Below are positions 38,733-51,214 of a DNA stretch of 64,000 nt, in pieces. Location: NCBI GenBank assembly GCA_040954595.2, contig CM082587.2, forward strand, positions 3,418,275-3,482,274, in the 5' to 3' direction. Made by a program: the position numbers and the translations under genes. Position 1 is the first letter of the stretch. Every line of letters begins with the position of its first letter. A model generated the notes under the pieces. That model was not told the DNA's origin, did no database searches, and saw nothing but the letters and a program-made list of their open reading frames with translations. Source of the DNA: Balanoglossus misakiensis (lineage: Eukaryota; Animalia; Hemichordata).

Positions 38733-39928
38733 TTGAAGTCACCTGATTTTAAATTGTGAGGTCATCACAACAATTGCAACATTGTTTAATTGTTTAAATC
38801 CAGTGCAGTGTTTTCTGTACATCGTAACACTAATTTTCCTGGACTAAGTAAGTGAAGTATATTAGGCATTTCTTTTTCCGGACAAAGTTTTTAACTTTCC
38901 TGTAGGTTTTATTGTGGTGCTTAGAATATTTTGATGCAAGGGAAGTTCAGTTTTCGTCTTGAACATTCGCGAAAACCGCAGATATCACCGAAGTTTCTAG
39001 CCATGTCTATTTAAAATGGCGGATTGTTGTTGTCATTCCGATTTTTGCATGTTTTTCTGTTGGCATCGTGAAAACGAATATTAACCATAAACGACACGGT
39101 ACCACTAGAAAATTCGAGTAGGCCACAGCCAGGTAATATTCGTGAACTTCGATTTTTCTCAGCGAAATTCACTAGTTGGTAAAATCGTGTACAGTTTTGG
39201 TTGCGTTTGATTTGTAGTCTAAGGCACCCCCCCCCCCCAAGCCTCCCCGTCATCAGTTCAAATAAATAATATCATGCAGTGCGGAAAAATCATATTTTCC
39301 TGTCGAAGTTTATAGGCTTATTTACCGACAGCTTATAGTTGCTGTAAAATGAATTTGTGTTCAACCTGGTGGTAGTGTGGATTTTTACTGTTTTCTGGAA
39401 GACAGGAAGACATCTTTGTTGAATGTTGTTGTATAATTGTGTTTGAAAAGAAATTAGTAACTATTTTTGGGTTAGAAATGTATTTAAAAACAAGATCTGT
39501 TTACTAAATACATCATGTATCCCCCCTTCAATATTTGACAAACAGGGCAAGGCCAGTCTAAAATTCTGCAGTCTACATTTTTTATTTTGATGTGCATTCT
39601 TTTGTATGAAATATTAGATTAATTTAGATTTCAATTTTTATTGATTTTTCAGAAAAGCCAATCTAGACTGTGACTACAGATCAGTGGTACTTTATAGTAC
39701 CGTGCAGATTTCTGCATAGTGACTGAAAACTAAAAAAAGCAAGTATAACATTTTTTTTTTTCCCCTAAGGTGATAACAATTTATGATCCAGTGTAAGTAC
39801 ATGTATATCTGAGTGAAAGGACATTTTAACTGAACACTTATCTGGCAATAAGCAAGTTATTTCTTTTTCAGAAATTATATACATGTTTTCCATCTTTTTT
39901 CATATTTAGCCAAAAAAAAAAAACAGTG

Positions 39929-41750
39929 ATGGAGAGGATTGTAGGTTCAATCAATCGTCTGAGAAGATTCAAACGCCTAGTAAATGAATCTGTGGAATCA
40001 GATGAAAATGACCAATCACGTGAAGCTGAGAGGCCAAGAACTCCTCCTTGTAAGTAGCTGTTTTGTTGTTATCTTGGATGTCCACCATACTACATCTGAA
40101 CCTGCCCCATTGAAGTTAATTCCTCAACCGATCAAGTATTAGCTTACTCATGGATTTTGGGTACGATTATAACGAGCAGTCTGATTGGCTTTAAGAGAAA
40201 GCATAAATTTTAAATGAGATCTTCTATGGCACAGGAGCAGATTTAAAGAGGTGGATATCTGAGAGAATAGTACAGAACCAGCAAAATTCAACGATCGAGC
40301 CAACTCGATTGATCAATACAGTCGTATTAATGAGCAGCAAATAAGTGTTACAAGGGTTCTCAAATCATTTATCTCTCATCATTGTTGCAGCAGCGCCAGG
40401 ACGTTTTGGACGCCTATCGCCAACTAGACTATTCAAACGTCGAAAGAATTCTTCGGAATCAGGCGAAAGTGACACTTCACGTGAAGTTGAGCGGCCAGAG
40501 AGCCCAGAGTGTAAGTAGCCGTTCTGTTTCTTCTCAGATGTTGGCATTCTGTGCATTGAGGTGGCCTTGTTTCCCATCGTCTGCTTGGAGATAACACCAA
40601 GTTTTGGAAGGGTGCCCTCTTTATGAAAAAGGTGGTATCAGATTGATAAGCCATGAGCAGCAAAGAAGTGTTACTAGTAAGGGTTCTCAAATCATTTACC
40701 AATGTTCCTCAATCTTAGCAAAACAATGGTCAAAATAATTGACATCCCATCTCTTATATCATTTCATTGCAGCAGCAGAACCAGGACCATCTGGACGGAG
40801 ATCGCCCCCTAGACCAAGATTCGAACCTCTGCCGGTAGTAAATGATTCTTCGGAATCTGGCGAAAATGACCATTCACGTGAAGCTGAGCGGCCAGAGAGC
40901 CCTCCGTGTAAGTACCTGTTCTGTTGTGTTCGTGGAAATCTGCCCCTCTACATCTAAACCTGCGCCTTTAAAAATCTTGGGGTTTTTTCAAAGTCAACTG
41001 CTCAACCAATCAGAAAGTAGCTAACTCATGGCTTTGGGGTATGCATTCTGAAATGTGCATAGTGTCTCCTATAACGAGTGCTCCAATTGGCTTGAGAAAG
41101 CACGAGATTATAAAATGAGATCTTCTATTGCGCAGGGGCAGATGTAAAGAGGTGGACATCTAAGAGAACAGTTAAGATCCAGCAAATTCAATGATCAAGC
41201 CAATTGCAACTCAATTGATCAATATAGTCGTATTAATAAGCAGCAAAGTGATACAACTTGGTTCTCAAATCATTTACCAATGTTCTGCATTATTAGCGAT
41301 ACAGTGGTCAAAATATTTAATTTCCCATCTCTTATATCATTGTTGCAGTATTATCAGAACCAGGTTCTGGACGGATATTGCCCACTAGACCAATAACATT
41401 CGAACCTGAGCTAGTGAATGATTCTTCGGAATCTGGCGAAAGTGACCAATCACGTGATGCTGAGCGGCCAGTGAGCCCACCATGTAAGTAGTCTTTCTGT
41501 GTCGGATATGTCTGCCACTTGACACAGAATCCTTTTTCATAGTCAATTACTTATCCGATCAGAAAGCATCTAACTCACACAACACGAAGTGTTTTTTCAA
41601 ATCATTTACCGATGTTTTTCAACCTTAACAATACAGTGGTCAACATAATTGATATTTCATCTCTTATATCATTGTTGCATAACAGTGTCCCCACCAAGAT
41701 CGGGACGACAATCGCCAACTATAGCAATTAACATCAAAGAACTCAAGGCT
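39929..41750 (+). repeat. Tandem duplication of exon plus intron units (4-5 copies, about 350-580 bp)
   Basis: Repeated exon core GAATCWGGCGAAARTGACCAWTCACGTGAAGCTGAGCGGCCAG followed by |GTAAGT; shared intron blocks GAGATCTTCTAT..AAAGAGGTGGA and TCTCTTATATCATTGTTGCA. Confidence 0.9.
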
Positions 41751-44700
41751 GTGAGTATATATACTGATTGATCAAAAAGAATTTATAATATTACATGTAT
41801 AACCTCTTCAGGCCTTTCATGCTATATTGTGGTCCATCACCAAGTTTTAGACTTAACCATGATAATGAAAAGGTCTAACCTGGAATCCTGTATTCTATTC
41901 TGTCGCAGCATCTCTTGACTGTCAAGAAGGAGAACATCCAGCTGAAGGAGAGGGTGTATGTCTTGCAATCGCTGATGCACCATGATTTGTCAGATGCCGA
42001 CAGTCAAGAGAAGATCGATATGGTAACATAACAGCACTGTACATTGACATCCTTTTCAAAGTCACTCATGGCAGCTAGTCGTTCAAATAGACTGAAAGAA
42101 TCAGTCGCGTGTGGGCATGCACTGAGATATGCTCCCTGATCTCTGCACAGTGTTAGAGCGCCCTCACACAACTGAAGCCTTCAGTCTCACTCACTTCATG
42201 GGTTCATAATGTGGCACCTGGAAAATAACAATGTAAATCACTAAAAATTCCTGGAAAGTGAGTTCCTTGAATTGTGAGTGACTTTGAGTGGATACAACCT
42301 AGCACTAACATGCATAGGTATAGTTTGACTAATAATACTTTTGAAAAGTTTGCATCAACTTGAGGATTATTATACAAATTTCTTTCCATCTGTCCCGGAA
42401 CTTTTTTAATATGTCTATGAGATAACTTGTGTCAGTAATCTGTCATATAATAATATTTTAGCAGCTGGTTAAATAATGTAAATAATGTATTAATCCATCA
42501 TTTATGCATTGAAATTTGACAGCATCTCTTTGTTTTTCTGTCAAACAAATTTTCGATGCTTGTGTCTGTTCCTATGAGTTCTCCATACCACGCTGTAGGC
42601 AGATCAACCCCTCCTTATCTACCGTACTGGTATATACCGGTACATTTAATTGAATCAAAAGTATGTGAACTAGTTGAGACAGTGGGGCAAGTCCTACTGT
42701 TTGTGTGTCTTTATCAACGTTGGAGTCCTAGCGATGCAAGAACAAAGGACAAACAATATCACAGGATAATCATCCATGGTGGCAGAAAGCTGAATGGGCA
42801 AGACAGAGTGCCAACTGAAGATCAAAGTGGCGGAAAGTATAACCATATATATCACCTCGAACGTTTTGACACACTGTGGTATGGGTGATGGTTTGTGTGT
42901 GTGTGTGAAAACAGTCTATTATTTAGGTTTACATAGGAATGGTGAGTTGTTGCAGTCTGTTTACATAATATTTGCTCCAGTTTTATTTGTGTTTGTTGTG
43001 GTAAGGTTGTTTGGGTTTTGTTTTGTTACACCATCATTTCTTTAAGTGTGCCAAAATCAGTTGATTTCTTAGTATGTGACCAAGGGTTGTTGTTGTATGA
43101 TATTCTGTTCTGCAAGTTTGTGTGTGTGGGCTTCTTGTTTGTTTGTTTCATTGTTTATTGTTTATGGTATTTTTTTTAGTTTACATTATATGTGTGTATT
43201 TTTTTAATTTCTATGTTAATGTGTTTAAAACATATTAAAATTTAGTTAACGTTTTGTTGGTATAATATTTTTAAACAGATTCAAGTTAAGAAAGGAATAT
43301 TTAAATTTTGTTTGCATGAATTTACTAGCATGAAAGTAAAATACAAACGAAAACCCCCATCCCTCCATCCACTTGGGTCTTGACCCGTTGATTTCAATAG
43401 GATCTGATCACTGGCATTTTTTTTGGGGGGGGGGGGGGGTGAAGCGTTAGAGATTTCTAACATTTGTATGCTGTTGGTTGCACCCATGCAGACACTGAGC
43501 ATACAGATGGAGTCGATGAAACAGCGATTGACTGATGAGAAGTATGCCCTGCAGGAACACTACATTCGCATCGTGCGAGATCATGACGATCAAATCAAGG
43601 AGAGGGACAGAAGGCTTGCCACTATGACCCAAACCTTGATGGAGAAAGACCAGCTGATCCAGGTATCCCTTACAAAAAAACATTATGTAGACATCTATTA
43701 GCATTCTATAGCTGATATAATTTCTATAGAAGTTTATAGAACTTCTATGGACATTTATAGATTTGAAGTTTTGGACCAATATGGAGCCAAATATATCAAA
43801 TTTGTTAGTCATTGGGCCATATGACGGTGTCAGCCCAGATACATACACATTTTAATTCTAAATAAATCTATATTCTTTCAGGATTTCAAGGCCAAAGATT
43901 GGTCATCTTTCGTAAGTAACCCTTCTTTCTGTCAAAACATTGTTCACGTATAATGTGTATATAGCTGGATAAATTGATGAATTTATAGACCTAAATTCAT
44001 ATTTCAAAATGAGTAACTCGATCTGGTCATATGTAGTTGATAAGGCCAATGTTTGGCATTTCAACAGCCTAATAGTTGCAAAAAAAATGATTTTTGAAAA
44101 CTAAGTTTCTTTTTTTATTTCCAAGCAGTGCAGTGACAGTGTCAAGGAGACCGTGATAAAAAACCTGGAATTTTCTCTGGAGCAGCGGGATAAAATCCTG
44201 GAAGTAAGCACTTTCCCTAAGTTTTCTTTAGGGTGGCATGCATCATTCTTTTTTTCTTTTTTTTTGCATTGTTTCTCACAACAAGTACCATATGTAAATG
44301 AGCCAGTTAGTTACTCAGGAAAATACAAATTAATGCAATTGTCGTACATGTAGGACACCATCGAAGGCCAGGTCCAGGCTCTGAAGCTGAAGGACGATGA
44401 AATTTCCGCCATCAATGTCACAATGCGTGCAAAAGACCGTAAGATTGATGAGCAGGACGTGGAAATAACCAGTCTGAACGACAAACTGACTGTAAGTAAC
44501 TGGAATGTTCTGACATATAACATGTATTTTCCTCAGTCCCCATGCATTTGTGATTCCTGTGGCAATACATGTAGATGCCATTTGTATAGGCTTGAAAAGT
44601 TGTGTGTGTGTGTGCACATGTCTGTGTGTATGTATACCGGTATATGTATATGTAAAGTCCTATTGTATTTGAAATGAGCTGTTGATTACTTCTGCACCTG

Positions 44701-47700
44701 TCTACAGGCATTGATGCACTTAAGTTGAAATCATTTTTTTAATGGCAATAATATACTGTGTACAATTAACATATACTTTGTGGCCTTTTGTTCACAGGAG
44801 TTGGCCAAGAAAATGAACTGTGCCAAAGCCACTGTCCAAAACCAGGAGGTAAGTCATTTGGACAACTCTCATCTATATAAGCCACACTTTTTTGGCTTTA
44901 TTCCCAGCATTTCAGTTAACTAAAATTCAGGCACCTTATGTGATAGTGTTGCAAAACCAAATGAGCCACACTGTTCAAGTATTGAGACATCACTGTGAAA
45001 CAACACACAGTGCAACAAAACATTCATGTTTTATGTCAGGAAAAGTCTTAACCCTTTTACCAGTCTTAACCCTTTCACCACCATGGTTCAATCAATCGAA
45101 ACACATCAATTGGGGTATATAAAACGTCTCTGAAAATATTCATGTGTCAACCAGTTTTTCTACCACTTTTACAGCTGAAAACTGTCCTGGATGTACAATT
45201 CAAAGAGCTGGAGAACCTGAAAAGTGCCTGGCGTATGGTAACGGCCCTGTACAAGAACTTAAAGGCTAGCCTACCACCTTTGGGATGCCCGCAGAGATGC
45301 GAAGGCGCAGAGGAGTTTCTGAGTGAAATAGCTACTGTGGAAGCACTGAATAAGGATCTGGAAGACAACATCAAGGAGAGCATTGACCTCAGGCAAGCGA
45401 TGGAGGAGCACATGAACACATTCGCAGGGGAGAGAGGTGAGTGCTTCACCAAGTGTGTACAGTAAAACCTGTCTCAACCGAAACACCAAAGGGTACTGAA
45501 GAAATTGTTTGGTTTGCAGAGGTGTCTGGTTTATAGAGATTCTTTAACATGTTCTACAGTATATCTAAGGGGAAATGGTGTTCGACATTGACAGGTGTTC
45601 AGTATAGACAATGTGTTCAGAATGATAAGACAGGGTTTGGTTTGGACATATTTATATGTACCTGCCACCCAACAATTGAAAGGACATATTTAATTTTGAA
45701 GCTTTCTTATCCCTCCTGTTAAATGTTATTTGTCTTTTCAACCAGCCGACATGATTGATGAAATCAAAGCTTTGAAGACCAAGCTGGAAGACAGTACTGC
45801 TCTCACCAGCCAACTGGAGAGCAAATTGGCAGAAGCAACATGCAAAACAGAAGCAGTCGACAGTACCCCCGATGTGCCAACAACACCACCCAAACAGTGC
45901 TCAAAGACAAGTACTGGCATTGCTGATGACGCCAATGCAGATGGACAAAGCACTCCTGCTCAGGAGAGTGAGATCAAAGAGATCAGTAAGACAGCAGATC
46001 TCGAAGATGCCAATGCGGCCGCCGACCTGAAAGAACAACTGGACCAGGCAAGAGCCTTGATTTGCGAAAAAGACCAGGAGATTGAGAACCTGAAGATTAA
46101 GTTAATAGAGACGGACTGTTGGGGATCGTCATGCGACAACATTGACGCCCTCAAGGAACAGGTTCGCTCCCTCGCACAGGAGAAGGCAGACTTCGAGGTC
46201 TTGGTGGAAGAACTCCGCCGTCAGGCCGCCGTGTCTGACGAGCAGTCTAACAACCTGAGAGGAGAAGTCGATAAACTGAAGCAGGAGCTGGAGGACTTGC
46301 ACGAGAGCCAGAAGGAGAAGCACGCGGCGTTGGAAGACTGTTACAAGATCATCAGTGCCAGAGATGAGGAGCTCGTGATGAAAAACGGTTTAGTCGAGGA
46401 GCTGATGGGCAAGATTGAAGACCTGGAGAGTGCCAAGGAAGCAGGCGACAAAGAGAGCCTTAAGATCCAAGCTGAGACAAGTGCCCTGTCAGAACATCTC
46501 AACCAGCTCGAGGAAAAGAACAGCGACCTCAACCGTGACAATGCCGTATTCAGTGCACAAACCGAGACCCTGGAGGCAGATTTGCGAGAGAAAAACCAAG
46601 AAAATAAAAAATTGGAACGTGACTTTGATAGCATGAAGGCTGAGTTTGAGGACCTGAAGAAAGGAAACACCGATCGTATTGAGAAACTAGAGCAAGATTA
46701 CCATGATTCCCAGGCAGAAGCATCGCGCCAGAAAGAGCAAGTATGCCAGCTTAACGAAAAGAATGTTAGTTTGAATAACCAAATCACTGCCCAGAAAGAC
46801 CAGATTGAGGCAGAGTTGGCAGAGATGAACCATCTGAACAACATGCTCAGAAGTGCGATTGAGGAACTGGAGAGTGACAAAGGATCCAAAACCGAAGCCC
46901 TCATGCAGGAGAATAATGACTTCCGCCTGGAACTTAACCGCCTGGCAGACCGTATGTGTCAGCTTGACGAAGAGAAGAGCGAACTCATTCGCGAGAATGA
47001 CAAGATCACTGCTCAAAACGATCAGCTGGAGGCAGACATGGCCACGATGAAAGAGAAGAACGAGAGTCTGAAAAGCGACTTGGACGAACTGGATAACTTG
47101 AATGCTGAAAGAGCTGCACTCAGTAATGAAGTGGCTAGCCTCAACCTGGCTAAAGAAGAACTGAAGGCCAGTTTGGACAAGCTGACCGAAGAGAATAACA
47201 AGCTGAAGCTTGATGAAGTTGAGTCCTTCAAAAAATCTGAGGAACTCGACGCTGCCAACAAACAGCTGCAGGCCGAGTTGGACCAGGTGATAAACACCAA
47301 ACTGGTTGCCATATCCGAGGAGGTCTGTGAACTCACTGTGAAGACCAATGAGCTCACTGCCCAAAATGATCAGCTTAACAGGAGTTGCGCTGAACTCAGT
47401 GACATCAATGAAAATCTTGCCACAGAGAAGACAAAGCTGCAGGCTGACTTGAACACCAGCATTCAAGAGAACAGTGACCTGAAATGCGAGCAACGCAAGG
47501 TGATGGATGAGAACAGCAAACTGCAGAGCGAGATTGCTGACCTTAGCGATGCCAAAGGCAAGCTGAAGATCAAGCTTGACGAAACCATAACAGAGACCGG
47601 TAAATATAAATCTGATTGCAGCACTCTCTCTGGTGAAATCAGCGAACTCCGGATGGAATTGGATAAAATCAACGAGGAGAAGAAAATGCTGATGTGGGAT

Positions 47701-49985
47701 ACGGATCATCTCAGGCAGGGACAGGAAGATCTGAAGAAGAAGGCTACCGTGGCTGAGGACAAACTTGCCAAGCTCTCAGATGAGCTCTCTGTTGCCAAGG
47801 CAGGAGCACTGCAGCACAGTGCTGAGATAGAAAAGATCACTGCTGAGAATGAAAAGATCACTGCTGAGAATGAAAAGATCTCTGCCCAGAAAATGCATCT
47901 GGAAGAAGAGATGAAATCCCTAAAGATCAACAGAAACACCGCTGCACAGCATTTGGAAAGACTGAACGCTGAACTGAAGATGTGGCAGTATGAGTGCGAA
48001 GCTGCCAAGAAACAACAGGGCGATGCAGAGACCATCTCCAAAAGAGTGTCGCAGAGTTATGAGAAACTGATGGAAGTCAGTGCAGATCAGACCGTACTCC
48101 TGCGAGCCCAGCTGAAGGAAGCCAAGAAGGATTTGGATGCTGCCTGCAAGAAGATTCAGGCCTCTGTAGCAAATGAGCGGTTCCTGTCTTGCGAGCTGAA
48201 AATGTACCGCGCCAAGATGAAGTCCGCCGGCATCAACCCACCTACTTTGCCAATGGCTGGAAGTGTCACTGAGGATTTGCTGAACGATCATGATGCAATG
48301 TTTGACATGATGAAGGGGAATATGTCATCACCAACATTTGACTTCTATGGCGTTGCAGGCCTGGGCCAGCACACTCTATCAGCCACGAACAGCAGCTCAA
48401 ACACCGACTTGCTGTCTGACGCAGAATCTCCTGCCGTTGACAAGTCCGCACTGCAGATGACAACTCCCAGCAAGGATCGGAAAAATCTGGACAAAACTCG
48501 GAAGGTAAAGAGTGTCGTGATCAGTGAGGCAAAATTCTCCTCAGACAGCTTGAACGACAGCCAGAGTGACGTAACACCTGCGACTTCTTCAACCACTCTC
48601 CAATCCACGGACGCAGTCAGCGATGTGCCAGAAGCAAACCCTGTGAATTCTAAACACCAGCAGGAGAAGGTCCGCATCTTTAGGAGTGCCCCGGCAGTGG
48701 TCATCGATCCTGATGATACAGACAGTGAAACTCTGTATGATGCCGTGGAAGCCAAGCTGGCAGCCAATGCAGGTGGTAAGTTGGATTTATTCAACATCAA
48801 TGGTAAAATAATTCAAGGTCAATCAGGGGTACTGTCAGAAAACCGAGACTAATCGATTGATTTTATTTCTATCGTTATTTTTACCCCCTTAATGTGATTG
48901 GTCAACTTTTCCCCATTGGTCTCGCTCTGAGTTCAAGAATTCATGACAGCTGTGTGAGCTAGGGCGTTAGAGTTTTAAAAGTGGTCTATGTCCCTTTGTT
49001 TTGCTTGCTAGGATTGGCATCAGATCGCAGTGAAAGTGCAGCAACCTCCATCTCCAGCAGCAACAGCAGTGCTGGGACTGTGCGCGTGGTTGGCTATGTC
49101 GGTGACTACAACATCGTGAAGGAGCAAATCCAACAGATGCGCGACGTCTTCAGTGAAATGGAATGTCACATCAGAATCTGGAAGCAGATGGCCGTGAAGG
49201 TACAGTACAGTAGAGTCTAAAGCAGACACCACAGGGGCTAAACAGATTGCTTGGTTTAAAGAGGTGTAACAAGGTTTTTATCTTGACAGATGCTGAATAA
49301 ATCCACACACCCATTTAAAATCTGATAGAAATCTCCCTCTATCTCTCTACTCAGGAATCGCGTGAACTACCACTTATGCATCAAATGATGTACAATACTC
49401 GGTCCATGCGCCATGTTGTGGATGACATCGACACCCGCCTCTCCTTCTTCCGTGCCGGCAAAGTACCATCAACAGAGGAATACAATCACCAGAAGATGAT
49501 CATTTCCAGCCAGGAGATTCTACTCAGACATGCCTTGGAGAGGCTGCACAATGCTAAAAAAACAGAGGAAGGATTTGAGCGAGTTCAGATCAATAATGGT
49601 AAGTATTGAAGTGTATTCTAGCTTCAGTTTAACGTTCAGTGGCAGAAAATACTCCTATTATCAATTGAGCATTCCCGAATCAACAGATTTAAAAAAAAAA
49701 CTCTGTTTGAATGTGATTTATCGATTTTTAAACTGTCCGAGCTGTTGTCCTATCTTCTTGCAGCAACTGGGATTCATTACAACCTGAGTAAAGCCCAGAG
49801 CAATCCCGAGGTAAGATTGTGCATTCATCTTCTGTAGAGAAAAGTTGACCATACACCAGTTATCTGCTCCAATGCTATGCTTCATCAGAATCTGATTTCC
49901 TGTGTTTCATGAGTGAATCACTGAATGCATCATGATGTTGTTTTGTGTCTGTTTGCAGGGCCGCTTCTGCGGTCTTCGGCGATAA
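39929..49985 (+). CDS. Centrosomin/CDK5RAP2/myomegalin-family coiled-coil protein, divergent, ~1650 aa
   Basis: 17 exons (39929-40049, 40391-40510, 40773-40907, 41349-41483, 41686-41750, 41909-42022, 43492-43662, 43882-43911, ~44126-44203, 44354-44491, 44798-44848, 45175-45436, 45746-48775, 49012-49199, 49355-49598, 49764-49810, 49959-49985) total 4956 nt in frame. CM1-like SPTIAINIKELKAHLLTVKKENIQLKERVYVLQSLM; family motif VVGYVGDYNIVKEQI (cf. HVIGHIDDYSALREQI); CM2-like IHYNLSKAQSNPE (cf. THKILRKARGNLE). Confidence 0.82.
45460..45640. mobile_element. Degenerate Tc1/pogo-type MITE remnant (intronic)
   Basis: Starts TA|CAGTAAAACCTGTC, a common Tc1/mariner-type terminus; the right end is only partial (GACAGGGTTT ~45630). 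Confidence 0.3.
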
Positions 49986-50117
49986 CGCCCAGTCGAGGCG
50001 TAAAAGTGGTCTTTGGTGGATAACATCAAAGTGGACGATTGATGTCAAGACCTAAACTGGAAGGAATGAGGAGAGACAGAGACAGAGACAGATCGAAAGA
50101 GAGAGGAGTCTGATCAA

Positions 50118-50830
50118 CTTGAGAAGAAGTACTGCAATTTGCGGAGAAGTCCGAATCTGCTACCAAACAGCGGCACCAACATCTGTGTCATCAGCGACTC
50201 TCCGTAGCCAACGTTACCATCTGCAAAGACTTGCACCATGGGCAAAGACGTTCTCTGGTCATTGAATGGGGTCACTGGACGTTTCCTTTCAAGTGACATT
50301 TTGTTCTCATTACCATCTTGTTGTGTGACAAGCCAACGAATTCATCGTGTTGGCTTGTGTTGGCTGCCCTGGGTTAGATTGGGCCATTTTGGCCCGGAAA
50401 TTGCACCATTCCTGAAGGAGGAAGCAGTCGTCAACCATACCATCTACCTCCCTCCCTCCCTCCCTACCCACTCGGCTGCGGATCCCTGATGGGATGAATA
50501 ACATCTTGTGCAATTTCCAATTTCCCCAGGACGTGAGGTGGTCTGTTGTGTCATGACATGACATCGACAGACCTCAGCCCATTACACCAACTGAACATTA
50601 TGGCCAACGATTGGCAGCAACGGTTGGCCGAAATTCTTTTTCCTCTGCACGATGGCGCTCCGTGTAGGAATTTGCCCGTTGATGAAAGAGGTAGCAAGCA
50701 GAAGTCCAAGTTCGTGATAACATCTTGAAGAAACTTGCGAAGAAATATGACTGAAGGATACCATCAAAGAAATGGAAGTATGAAGTCAGACTTGTCAACA
50801 TCAGGAAGTTGATCATTCAGCAAAGAAGTA
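50118..50830 (+). pseudogene. Frameshifted remnant of a UNC5-like (UPA plus death domain) coding sequence
   Basis: Across frameshifts it reads FPQDVRW.LCHD.DRPQP...YGNDWQ.RLAEILF, then SPS..NILKKL and LKDTIKEM, matching the UNC5-type death domain pattern LCxxLDxP..GNDWxxLAxxL...SPTxxIL. The upstream frame 50118-50489 has one internal stop and weak UPA-like spacing. Confidence 0.5.
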
Positions 50831-51091
50831 CATGACCAACTGTGGAAGTTAGTGTGAAACCATCCGTGGAGAAAAAAAGTTAATGATATAAGGGACCAAC
50901 AATATAGACAGACTTCCAGATATGTTCACTCACCAAAGACCACTCACGCTCAATTACCTTCTTCAAAAAAGGTGTTGAAATATGGATTAGTCCATTCAAT
51001 ATATACAGGATAATTAAAACCATTCATATTCCACCAAAGAGAGTAGTTGTTATTGGTCATTTCAGTAGTAACCACGTACGATAGACAGTAT

Positions 51092-51214
51092 ACACATGAT
51101 GACTGACAATGAGGGCAACAGTGTATTTTGATGACTGAGGGCGCTGCTAGTCACAAATAAAACAGTCTTGTTTTGGTGTGACTGGCAGTCCCGAATATGT
51201 CAGTCATCATGTGT
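51092..51214. mobile_element. MITE-like element with 17-bp terminal inverted repeats
   Basis: ACACATGATGACTGACA ... TGTCAGTCATCATGTGT; inner GCTAGTCAC / GTGACTGGC also pair. Confidence 0.7.

Noticed and set aside
42556-43045. 110 aa and 83 aa ORFs inside a centrosomin-like intron
   Set aside because: No recognisable motif and no convincing splice sites joining them to the gene.
46687-47709. 340 aa minus-strand ORF and neighbours
   Set aside because: Antisense shadow of the E/K/L-rich coiled-coil exon; no splice or family support.
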